Counted from the first letter of the whole stretch, positions 12,255 to 23,676 are shown. The stretch: 63,687 nt of DNA, filler included, from Octopus bimaculoides (GCF_001194135.2; 8 parts of 5 records of this genome joined end to end with filler, not necessarily neighbours in it), one strand, 5' to 3'. Notes: a model not told the origin generated them from the letters alone. A program made the numbers and translations.

Positions 12255-12440
12255 TGCACTGCTGGTGTAGTGAATGGGGAAAGCTTGGTTTGCAATATTT
12301 GCAGAGGTGTATACTTGTCAAGAGCAGGGCTCATTAGCCACCAATGGAGCCGCAAATGCAAATATAAGTTAGTCCTAGAGTGCACAATATTCCTACAAGT
12401 CAGCAATGATCTTCCTCGGTCACGAGTGGACGGCGATCAT
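12255..12440 (+). mobile_element. RTE-BovB-like LINE 3' end
   Basis: C2H2-like LVCNICRGVYLSRAGLISHQ and a tail resembling RTE 3' ends. Confidence 0.55.
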
Positions 12441-13285
12441 GTATGTATGTATGTATGTATATACATAAATATATATATATATATATATATATANNNNNNN
12501 NNNNNNNNNNNNNNNNNNNNNNNNNNNNNNNNNNNNNTTAATTAATTAANNNNNNNNNNNNNNNNNNNNNNNNNNNNNNNNNNNNNNNNNNNNTATATAT
12601 ATATATATATATATATAAAGGTATATGTGTATGTTTGCATGTAACACATGCATATCTGTATGTTTGTTTGTGTGTGTGTATATATATATATATATAAATA
12701 AATAATTGCAAAGATACATGCATGCACACGTGTGTTTACATGCATGCTTTATTTCTATATTAACGTTGTGCACTTCTGCTTGTTTCTCTTTGGTTGTATT
12801 ACAAACAGCCTGTGTGCACTCAGCATACACCCTTATACTCCCACCCCCTACATTCACTGCTGCTGCCCCATTTTCTTTCACTAGAGGACACTGACCAAGT
12901 TTGCAATGTGTAGGGGGTAGAGGCACTGATTCAAACCCGCCTGTTGTTTCATATCTTGGACAGGGTATGGGTGTGGGGGTGGGGGTGAAATGCAGTCTTG
13001 CCACTCAGGGAGGCTGTCCCACCCCTCACCTTTTCTGCCTCGCATCCTATATGCCCCCTCCCCCACTCCTTTTCTGTCTTCCTTCTTTTGCCTCTTAAGA
13101 GGTTCATTGCTCCCCTAGTTTGTATCAAAAATACTAAACTTCCTCTGCTGCTAGTATTACTGCATATTTTACTCTCTCGTGTTGCTTCCTAAATTAAAGG
13201 CTAGCTATTAAGTTAATTGTAATATTACTTCTGCTGTTTATTTATGAAAATGAAATGAAGAAAATGCTCCCCCCCCCAACACTCA

Positions 13286-13324
<39 letters not shown>

Positions 13325-13881
13325 GCATTCAGTCGTTCTCTCGTATTNNNNNNNNNNATTACTGACAGCGTAAATTCGGCTGCCCTACTAGTTTTTGTTC
13401 ACTCTTTGTGGTTGTCGTTGTTGTTGTGGTGGTGGTGGTGGTTGGTTGTGATCCAGTTGGGTGGTGGTGTCACTGCACGGCCTCTGTGGGGAGTTTTCAA
13501 CGAGAAATGGTTGAGGTAGGAATCAAATCATTCCCTTCTTCTTTTTGTTTTTTTTGTTTTTTTCCTCTCTTTTCTTCTCTCTGTGGAATTGTAATTGTTG
13601 AGGTTTAGCCCTGGGCCACCTTTGATCCAGCGACAGGCAAACCTTCCATTTGAGGATATGCTAGCCTTGTTTAATTCATAAATAGGCAGACAGATAAATA
13701 GATAGGCAGCTAGATAGATATGCATGCATACAATCATGATATTTGGGACTTAAGATATTGTAACCTCGCTAAATTGATAAATTGATAAATAGATAGATAG
13801 GTACATAGACACACACACACACACGCTACAAATGATCATGATATCTGGAACTTTAAAAATCAGCAAAACCTTAAGATTTAG

Positions 13882-14103
13882 CCCTTTTGTTACCATATTT
13901 CTGTTGAGGTGCTCTGTGTTTCTTTCAATTCATTTTAAATATAACAAAGAGTTTAGTAAAATAACTTAGTTATCATTAAGCTAGTGTTAGGAGCATAAAT
14001 TTTGACTAAGGTTTAGTGGAATATTTTAATTCAAAACTTATGAAAGCAAGACATTTGTACTACAGGGCCAAAGGTGGTTTCAGCCGAATTGGTAACAAAA
14101 GGG
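13882..14103. mobile_element. piggyBac-like MITE
   Basis: TIRs CCCTTTTGTTACCA / TGGTAACAAAAGGG, flanked by TTAG and TTAC (decayed TTAA). Confidence 0.7.
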
Positions 14104-14354
14104 TTACGATGATGGTTAAAACAAAACACTTTCCTCCACATGTAGCGACACATTTGTTCCCATGTAGGTGGTTAGTCAAAATTTACTTTAAATTAAAAAG
14201 ACAAAGAGCAGACAAACATACACACATACTTACACACGTGTGCTGTGTGTTTGCTGTTTTTATGTTGGCAGGGTGTGATTTGAAGGGGATTTAGCTGCTA
14301 TTTCTCTGAAATTCAGTGATCACTTTGAAGAAGTTTTTCACTCATTGTGCACAT

Positions 14355-14530
14355 AGGCGCAAGAGTGGCTGTGTGATAAGTTGCTTGCTTGCCAACCACA
14401 TGGTTCTGGGTTCAGTCCCACTGTGTGACACATTGAATGAGTGTCTTCTACGATAGCCTCAGGCTGACCAAAGCCTTGTGAGTGGATTTGGTAGACGGAA
14501 ACTTTAAGAAGCCTATCGTGTGTGTATGTA

Positions 14531-14587
<57 letters not shown>

Positions 14588-14768
14588 GTATATGTATGTG
14601 TCTGTGTCCCTCACCATCGCTTCACAACTGATGTTGGTGTGTTTATGTCCCTGTAACTTAGTAGTTTGGCAAAAGACTCTGATAGAATAAGTACTGGGGT
14701 TGATCTGTTCAACTGAAGGCGGTGCCCCAGCATGGCCACAGTCAAATGACTGAAACAAATAAAAGAAT
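14355..14768 (+). mobile_element. SINE family 'B', near full length, with internal (TG)/(TA) microsatellite
   Basis: tRNA-like head GGCGCAAGAGTGGCTGTGTGATAAG...GGTTCAGTCCC; tail CAGCATGGCCACAGTCAAATGACTGAAACAAATAAAAG. Confidence 0.9.
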
Positions 14769-15339
14769 AGTTTTGAAGCTAAAGTATCCNNNNNNNNNNN
14801 NNNNNNNNNNNNNNNNNNNNNNNNNNNNNNNNNNNNNNNNNNNNNNNNNNNNNNNNNNNNNNNNNNNNNNNNNNNNNNNNNNNNNNNNNNNNNNNNNNNN
14901 NNNNNNNNNNNNNNNNNNNNNNNNNNNNNNNNNNNNNNNNNNNNNNNNNNNNNNNNNNNNNNNNNNNNNNNNNNNNNNNNNNNNNNNNNNNNNNNNNNNN
15001 NNNNNNNNNNNNNNNNNNNNNNNNNNNNNNNNNNNNNNNNNNNNNNNNNNNNNNNNNNNNNNNNNNNNNNNNNNNNNNNNNNNNNNNNNNNNNNNNNNNN
15101 NNNNNNNNNNNNNNNNNCAAAACAGAAATAAATTTAGAATTATTACCCCCTCCCTTCTTTTAATATTCCTACCTCTGTCTCCACCTTCTCTGATGTCCCT
15201 TTGTTCATTCACCCATTTTTATCTCCTCTCAGTCCCCATATTTACAACTTTGTATCCCCCCCCTCTGCTACATTGTCACATGCAGATATACCTCTGACTT
15301 CATTGTCCTAGGCTTTCACTTGCTTATAGGTCGATCTCT

Positions 15340-15665
15340 TTATGTCCCCTGTAACTTTGCAGTTTGGTGAAACGGATCGATAGAATAAGCACAAGCTTTG
15401 GAGAGAAAAAACCCCCCAAAATCCTGAGTTCAGTTTCTTTTGACTAAACCCTTCAAGGTGGTGCCCCGGCATGGCCACAGTCTAATGACAGAAACAGGTA
15501 AAAAGTGAAATATAGCTATGTGGTAAGAAGCTTGCTTCCCAACCACATGGTTCTGAGTTCAGTCCTCCTGTGTGACATTTTAGCCAAGTGTCTGTTACTA
15601 TAGCGTCGGGCCGACCAAAGACATGTGAGTGGATTTGGAAGGTGGAAATTGAAAGAAACCTGTCA
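15340..15665 (+). mobile_element. Two SINE 'B' fragments (tail, then head)
   Basis: Same motifs as 14355-14768. Confidence 0.75.
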
Positions 15666-16159
15666 TATACATGCATATATACCAAAAAGATTTTATAACA
15701 TTTTTCTAACATTTTTTNNNNNNNNNNNNNNNNNNNNNNNNNNNNNNNNNNNNNNNNNNNNNNNNNNNNNNNNNNNNNNNNNNNNNNNNNNNNNNNNNNN
15801 NNNNNNNNNNNNNNNNNTATATATATATGTATATGTATGTATATATATACATGTCTATATATATGTGCATATATATATGTACACAAATATACATATAAAT
15901 ATATATATTATTTATATAGATAGGGTGATAAATTGAATATTAATTCAATTTAAAACCAAGTGGCCTAGCATATAAAAAAATCTGAAAATTCAGACAAAAT
16001 TGTATTACACGTGTATAAGGGATGACCACTGGATGGACATCCAGTATGCTAGAAAGAGGTCATCAACGATCCAACCACAAAGAAAAATAATGTTCTACAG
16101 AAAAATTTCGCGAAACACCAGAAAAGGACAAAATGACAAATATACAGAATATAGAATTA

Positions 16160-16229
16160 GCTATGTACTACAGTTTCGAACATTAACATTTTACTTACGT
16201 AACAACATCCGTGTTCTCGTCAGCATAGC
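16160..16229 (-). ncRNA. Minimal type I hammerhead ribozyme
   Basis: Minus strand: GCUAUG-CUGACGA-GAACA...UGUUC-GAAAC-UGUA-GUA-CAUAGC. All core nucleotides are present, with a 6-bp stem I, a 5-bp stem II base and a GUA cleavage triplet. Confidence 0.85.
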
Positions 16230-16449
16230 CGTTCTAGAATCAATACAATTTGCAGAACTATACACGAATTGTCTTCATGAAATAAGACTTGCATACAGTT
16301 CTACCGATTACATTGGGGCTATTTTTCAAAATGCCTCAACTCCGGCGCACAAAATTCCGGAAACAATTCTGCAGAGAATCATTCACTGCACTATATGTTG
16401 CCGGCCGGAGAACATAACTATTTACATTATTTATGTAGATAGGGTGATA

Positions 16450-17470
16450 AGTGTAATACAATTTTTTCTGAATTTTCAGATATTTTTATATGCTAGGCCA
16501 ATTTTTTTTAATAATTCGAAGTATAATTATAATTTTATTATTAATAATTATAATAGTAATGATCTTTTTGATAAACATAACCTTTATATTCATGATAATG
16601 TCTTCTTACGTAATTATGATAAGAATAATAGGTATTATGATAATAAATTACATAAACATAAACATAATCGTAATGGAAACAATAATAGATTTAATTTTAA
16701 TGATAATAAATTTAATAATGTAAATAATAAATACAATAATATCTATAATAAGAACAAACTCTGGCTAATCATTCCATACGGCGTTCAAGTTAAAACTAAC
16801 ATTATTAAAGAAATTTAAAAAGATATTGATATATTCCTTAGATATAATAAAAAATATTATAATATATTTTCTACTAATAATTTTGGTGTAGGTTATTCTA
16901 CTACTAATAATGTTGCTAAGATTATCTCTTCTTTTAATAGATTTAAGTTAAATAAGTATTATAATTATAAATTTAATACTTATTCTAATAATAATAATAA
17001 TGTGGACCAGGATATAATTAATTGTACATGTAGAGATAAGACTAAATGTAAATTTAATAATAAATGCAATTTGAAGGATTTCGTGTATAAATGCATGGTG
17101 ACTTTAATGGACGGGAATAAACATAATGGTTATAATTTAAATAAGATTTATATAGGATCGACTTCTAATAAAATTAAATTACGAGTGGCTCAACATAGAC
17201 ACTCATTTAAGAAAAGAAATTTGATTAATTCTACTGGCCTTAGTAAATATATTTGGGAACTTAAATCTGAAAATATTAACTACATTTTAAAATGGGAGAT
17301 AGTTTGTAAGGCGAAATCATATCGTATAGGTAATAATTTTTTAAAATTTATGTACTAATGAATTTAAGGAGATATTATTTCATAATTATAATACTTTAAT
17401 TAATTCTTTTGATGAACTAAAAATAAAATGTAGACATAAATTACTTTATTTATATAATAATTTTAGCTAA
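16450..17470 (+). mobile_element. Penelope-like element (Naiad-type) ORF remnant: RT thumb/linker plus GIY-YIG endonuclease
   Basis: WLIIPYGVQVKTNI (IIWFNPP-like), CTCR, FVYKC...IYIGST...KLRVAQHR...LSKYIWELK...LKWEIV; after a frameshift, INSFDELKIKCRH. Confidence 0.85.
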
Positions 17471-17512
17471 TTGTGTTTTTTATATATATTTATATATATA
17501 TTTGTGTGTGTA

Positions 17513-17878
17513 GAGGCGCAATGGTCCAGTGGTTAGGGCAGCGGACTCACGGTCATAGGATCGCGGTTTCGATTCCCAGACCGGGTGTTGTGAGTGTTTA
17601 TTGAGCGAAAACACCTAAAAGCTCCACGAGGCTCCGGCAGGGGATGGTGGTGAACCCTGCTGTACTTTCTCACTACAACTTTCTCACTACAACTTTCTCT
17701 CACTCTTACTTCCTGTTTCTGTTGTGCCTTGTCACGCTGAATATCCACGAGAACTACGTTAAGGGTACACGTGTCTGTGCTCAGCCACTTGCACGTTAAT
17801 TTCACGAGCAGGCTGTTCCGTTGCTCGGATCAACTGGAACCCTGGACGTCGTAAGCGAGGGAGTGCCAACAACAACAT
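17513..17878 (+). mobile_element. tRNA-derived SINE family 'C'
   Basis: A-box TGGTCCAGTGG and B-box GTTTCGATTCC; a reverse partial copy lies at 45714-45845. Confidence 0.9.
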
Positions 17879-19039
17879 ATTTGTGGGTGTGTGTTAAGTG
17901 TATATANNNNNNNNNNNNNNNNNNNNNNNNNNNNNNNNNNNNNNNNNNNNTTAATTAATTAANNNNNNNNNNNNNNNNNNNNNNNNNNNNNNNNNNNNNN
18001 NNNNNNATATATATATATATATATACACACATATTTATATGCATGTAGTCATATATAAATATATGTCTATGTGCATATATGTGTGTGTGTGTATGTATGT
18101 ATGCATATATACATACACATATATATAAATGTATATACATGCTTGTGTATGAATATATATGTAAATATATATGTGTGTGTGTATTTGTGTGTGTGCGCGT
18201 GTGCGTGTGTGTGTGAGTATAAAGTGTGTGTGTCACACACGCACGTACATCAAACTTTTATGAAATACTCAGAATAATTAAATAATATATATTTAATGGA
18301 ACTTGCATTGAAAATTAATTAACTTTGTTTCAAAATTAAAAGAATCACAGTCGACTATGTAAACAAATATATTTTGAACCACACCTTACCTACAATATCA
18401 ATATACAACAGGAATGTTTTAAATGTTTAAAAAAGTATAAAAATATTAAATTATGTATATTTACTCGTATTACTTCTGTCAAAATGACTGATGCTAGCTC
18501 TTTTTTTTTGCGGCGGCGGCGGCGGGAGAAAATGACTGAGGAAAATAATTGAATTAATATACTAGTTGCATTGTTAACAGCGTAGAGCAAATATTATGTA
18601 CTTGATCAAAAATATACGAGTGTCTACATTATTTTTCAGCTTAGAGCGATTTCCTTTCACTTTCATCAGTAATACAAACTAAATTTCATCATGAAAATGT
18701 CGTTGTGTTTCACATTTCATTGTAGGGCATAACGTCTGATTGAGGGAGAAAAGGAAACACTATATATGATAGCAAGAAGACTCTTAACTTCTGTCTCTTC
18801 GTTAGATTTAGTGGCTTCCTTTTTGTAAATCAGAAGCTTAATAGCGTGCTGAAATCTCTAAAATGTCTTACTCTGAAACACTTTTTTATAACAGAAAAGC
18901 TTTTGTGATACAGTTTTACTTTCATCTCTGCACGCGGCCATTCTATACACAGGGATAATGATCCTTTGGTTGACGATGAATAAATTAAGTCATGTATGCT
19001 ATTTATGTGCAGGAAAGCCCTAATGAAGTCGGTTGCACC

Positions 19040-20066
19040 TTTATGGATGTTTTAAGTAAACAAAACGAAAACAGTTACTACTGAATATTCCAGTAATATC
19101 ATATCATATTCCCAATGATTTTCTACTGTTGTTCCTAATCGGATGAGTGGATAAATTATCAGAACTAGCAAATACAATTCAAAGTTTTCTTTTCAATTAA
19201 AGTTCAATATTTCCTAATGTTTGAGAAGTATGAAATACATCTTTAAATAATTATAATTATAAGAATAAATGAATATACTAATTTATTGGATTGAGGAATA
19301 ATTGATGATCAGTTTTTCTTTTTCTTTATCAAATTTATTTTAAACAAAACATCTACAACAAATCATTCAAAAATATACTTGTCTTTGTTGTTTACGACTT
19401 CTTCCCATCGTTCAATAAGATTTTTGATACCTCCATGACAGAAATCTCCCGGTCCTGAATCAAAGAATTCGTCCAGCCAAGCTCTCAATTCCACGTCAAT
19501 ATAGAACAATACACCGCACAAGGCGTTCGAAAGCGGTCGAAACAGATGAAAACCTGACGGCGCCAAGTCTAGACAGTATGTAGTATGTGGCAGCACTTCC
19601 CATTCGAGCATCAATTTTTCTTGTTTACGCCCAAATGTGTGGCACCTAAGTGCTGAGTTTCTGAACCTTTCCCATTGAGTGAAGGTGATTCACAACAGTC
19701 TTTTTTCTTACATTCCATCTGCTCCGCAAATTCTCTGGGCGTCTGACGGAGTTTTTGTGAAGAAGTTGGTTAAATTGCTCCTCATCGAACTGAATTAGTC
19801 GAGCGATGTGTGATACGTTCTGGAGGTCAAGATACCCATTTCTGAAGCGCAAAAACTAACGCCGGGCGGTACTTCAATACCTTGCGCCTTCTCCATACAC
19901 AGCACAAATCTCACGAGTAGTTTCAGCGGACTTAACACCTCAGTTACATGCAAAAATCAAATGGAGTCGAAAATACTCAGTTTTGGCCACTTGACATTCC
20001 CTTTTATGGATGTTTTAAGTAAACAAAACGAAAACAGTTACTACTGAATATTCCAGTAATATCATA
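19040..20066 (+). repeat. Perfect 64-bp direct repeat (19040-19103 and 20003-20066)
   Basis: TTTATGGATGTTTTAAGTAAACAAAACGAAAACAGTTACTACTGAATATTCCAGTAATATCATA occurs twice. Confidence 0.95.
19330..19997 (-). mobile_element. Mariner transposase remnant with internal deletion
   Basis: RFRNG...FDEEQFNQLLH...VVNHLHSMGKVQKL joined to EVLPHTTYCLDLAPSGFHLFRPLSNAL...RWEEVVNNKDKYI (YSPDLAP motif). Confidence 0.9.
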
Positions 20067-20313
20067 CTGTTTTTTGTTCTGTGTGTATCAAAAATATCGC
20101 TATCAATCTGGAGTAATAATTTGTAGTTTTGAAATCAGTAGTTCTTTGACTGCTATTTCTGAATTCTCAGTATGTTGGAGAAGCAGGTTACTGTCAATCC
20201 CTATATATTTATGNNNNNNNNNNNNNNNNNNNNNNNNNNNNNNNNNNNNNNNNNNNNTTAATTAATTAANNNNNNNNNNNNNNNNNNNNNNNNNNNNNNN
20301 NNNNNNNNNNNNN

Positions 20314-20645
20314 CCTGAATAAGGTTTGTTTAAGGATGTTGAACAAAACACCCATGTTAACAAAGGTGAATTATTCAAACCCCAAAGAATTCCTCTCAAC
20401 ACATGACTATGATGCTCCCCCACTACTTCTGCTTGTGATCAGAGATACACATATCGTCAGCCACCAAGGGACATGCTCAACTGGTTAAGGTCAAACAACT
20501 GACAAGCAAATCTGTGGTACTGAGCAGAATATTTGCTGTAGCCCATCTTTTTATACTAAGACAAAACTATGTACATGATAACACTTCCAATCAATTAAGA
20601 TCAGAAGCCATGAGAGCCACTGCCTGGTTCTGCATCCGGGCATTT
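20314..20645. mobile_element. Non-coding interspersed repeat 'F' (partial)
   Basis: Co-linear with 42900-43225; ends in (ATT)n. Confidence 0.8.
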
Positions 20646-20689
20646 ATTATTATTATTATTGATGTTGTTGTTGTGGTGGTTGTTTCATG

Positions 20690-20945
20690 TATCTACAACA
20701 GACTAGACTTTTGGAAAATAAAAACTCCTAACTTCTGGCTACAACAAGTAACCTGAAATGCCAAGAAATCTAAGTATTTTAGCTGTCCCCAATAACAGTG
20801 TTTTCTGGAGCTGTACTAAACTAGGTTTTATGCCTCTTTCATCTATCCATCTGTTCAAATCTCTAGGGATAGTTCCTAATGCACTTATAACTATATGGAT
20901 ACATTTTACCCGTACTTCTCATAGTCTCTGTAACACAATGGCTAT
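20690..20945 (-). mobile_element. R4/Dong-type LINE 3' fragment
   Basis: MGKMYPYSYKCIRNYP in the ORF track is off-frame; the shifted frame gives IVISALGTIP...VLLGTAKILRFLGI. Flanked by (ATT)/(GTT)n. Confidence 0.75.
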
Positions 20946-22393
20946 CATTATTATTATTATTGCTGTTGCTGTTGTTGTTGTTGTTGCGTTCAAAATTACC
21001 ACCTACCTGAGTATTTGAGTTTCCCCATTCTTCGTAGTAATACATCATACACTTGCATATGCAATGATGTGTTTCATTTTAACCTTTTTGATTGGTATGC
21101 CTATGTACTTGAAAGAGTAAAGACTACCCCCTCTTCAATTCTTTATAAATGAAAGCATAAAATATATATATGATATAGAATTTATATATATTTAGAATCA
21201 GGTGATGATTCACTTACATGCACTCAGAACTTCACGTTTCATACCCTCGTTCAAGTAGCTATGAAATTGAATTAAATGATTGGGAAGGAAATCTGTTTTG
21301 GTATGATAGTAATTAAGTTGAAAATGGTATACTGTTAGGCAGTGTTGTAGATGTACTAATGAGTTTGTTGTTGACGGTACTAGTTGCTGCAATGTAGGAT
21401 AAAAGAACTGAGATCTGACGTCTGAGTGACTGTTTTCAACCAATATAATCAACTTAACTGTTGTTCAGGCAATACATCTGTCTTCCTAGTTCATTTCATT
21501 TTGTTTCATAATTGATTGAACCAACACATGAGACGTTTTACTCTTAAAAGTATCGTTGTGAACCATCGACTCATTTCTAATACCTATACAGGCAACATCA
21601 TCGTTGAGTACATATTTTGTCGTTTATAAACAAAACACGTCTATAAAGCTGAACTTTTAAAGTCATTCCAAGTCAACATAAATATATTAATTGTCAAACA
21701 TTAGATACATAACTGTCATGTTGACTCCATGAGTGGGCAACTGGGTTGGTTAATACCTTACTTCTATATCCTCTGCTCTATGTCTCTGTCTATCTGTCTA
21801 AGTATCTGTCTGTCTGTCTGTCTGTCTGTCACTGTCTCTCTTTCTCTCTCTAACATATATATTTCCTCTACCCTATTATCATTACTGACACGATCAACAT
21901 TGCATTGTCGTCACTGGCAATGATATCATTGCTGTTAACATCGTTTGGAAAACCTCAACGAACAGCTATATAACAACGGCCAATATAACATAAATAACAA
22001 AACGTGACACTTTCGTACAATTTCATAAGCATACGCACGCACAGACACGTACACACACATACACACACGCGTGCACACACATATATACAAACTCACGCAC
22101 ACACACACAGACATATACGTACACAAACATGAACACCCACATAGCAATATCCAGCTGCTTGCACATATACATCAAGACAAAGATACGAGTGTCTTTGTTC
22201 ACAGTATATCTATAAGAACACACTCGTATAAAAATCTTCCTCTCCCACACCCACACAGATCTATCTATCTATTCATCCAACTTTGTCTGTCTCTAGATAT
22301 ATATACATGTGTGTATACACATATGTGCATGTGTGTATGTGTGTGCATGTGTGTGTATGGTGCGTGTGTGTATGCGAACATATATATATGTAT

Positions 22394-22430
<37 letters not shown>

Positions 22431-22514
22431 CATATATATATGTATATATGTGTGTGTTTGTGTGTGTCTGTGTGTGTGTAAGATCAATGAAAGAGTACTC
22501 AATCTGGTGAGAGA

Positions 22515-23215
22515 TAAATATTTAATAAACACAATATATGTTTTTATATGCTGCTATTAGTTTCATGTGCTGAGAGCATGCCAGACAGTACTTTTTAACA
22601 TGTCTGGTGTCCTAGCAGTCTTCAGGCCCTGCCCACATGGCATAACAAACTAAATGTGGATAGATAGGATGAGAGAAAAGCTAGAACAGGCGAGAAAGAA
22701 GTAGATATAAAAGGTGGAAAGTTGAAAACTTGGAAAACGAAAATCAAACCAGAAAGAAGCACAACGGGGAATTAGAGTTATTTCCCCTTAGACTATGAAA
22801 TATAAGGCTGAAAAGATAGTGGCTTAGAGTCTGTGGTACAGTTGTTCAATCCGGAAAAGGTGACACTTTCCAATTCGTGAACAGGAACTTAGCCATATGC
22901 TTACAACTGCTGAATTTTTCCATTCCAGAATTCAGTAGAGTGTTAGAGTTCTTAGATCTGAAAAGGATCGGAATTCTTTCAGCTACTCATAGCTTACACT
23001 TTTTGATCCGTTAACATTATGGTGTGAAATTTTCGATTATTCTCCCTTTTAGCGTATGTGATGTGGCGTTTGACTTCAAGCCCCATACGTGTCTAGCCAA
23101 CATAGCAGCTTTACTTTTGCATCTGTGCCGGAAGGAAGATATGAGATTAGCACAACAATTTATGAATTCGCCTTCACATAGTCCTACATAGCCATATCTC
23201 TATGCGTAACTGACA
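22515..23215 (-). mobile_element. Penelope-like element 3' portion (GIY-YIG remnant 22846-23215 plus 3' region)
   Basis: YVGLCEGEF...SSFRHR...LARHVWGLK...KKCKL*...ILFRSK...LLNSGMEKFSSCKH..KFL, with stops. Confidence 0.8.
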
Positions 23216-23220
23216 GAACA

Positions 23221-23672
23221 GAGATCCTTTTCAGATTTAAGGACTGCTGAATTCTAGAGCCGAAATTTTCAGCGGCTGTAAGCATATAGTTAAATTCCTG
23301 TTGACGAACTGGAAAATGACACCCTGTCCAGGTTGAACAACTGTGCCACACACTCTCAGCCATTATGTTTCCAGTTTATATTTTACGATCTAAGAGGAAA
23401 TAACTCTAATTTTCCTGTTTTGCTCCTTTCTGTTTTCTTTTTCATTTTGCGTTTTTTAAACCTTCCATATTTTATTTATATCTATTTCTTTCTTGCCTTC
23501 TCTCGCTTTTTCTCTCATTCTATTCTCCCAGTTTTAGCTAATTATATCCAGTGGGTAGTGCCTGGAAATTGTGCTACGACACCGGCCGTGTTAAAAAAGA
23601 CTGTCTGCTATGGTCTCAGTATATAAACTAATAAGAACGCATAAAAATAAATATTGTAGCTATTAAATACTA
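23221..23672 (+). mobile_element. Second PLE 3' portion, inverted relative to 22515-22969
   Basis: EILFRFK / LLNSRAEIFSGCKHIVKFLLTNWK followed by a 3' region that aligns with the reverse complement of the left arm. Confidence 0.8.
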
Positions 23673-23676
23673 TATA

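Noticed and set aside
22987-22989. TGA at the second Cys of a CKLC motif (selenocysteine, as reported for some Naiad PLEs?)
   Set aside because: Two TAA stops lie a few codons away and no SECIS-like AUGA/GA stem is seen; ordinary decay is simpler
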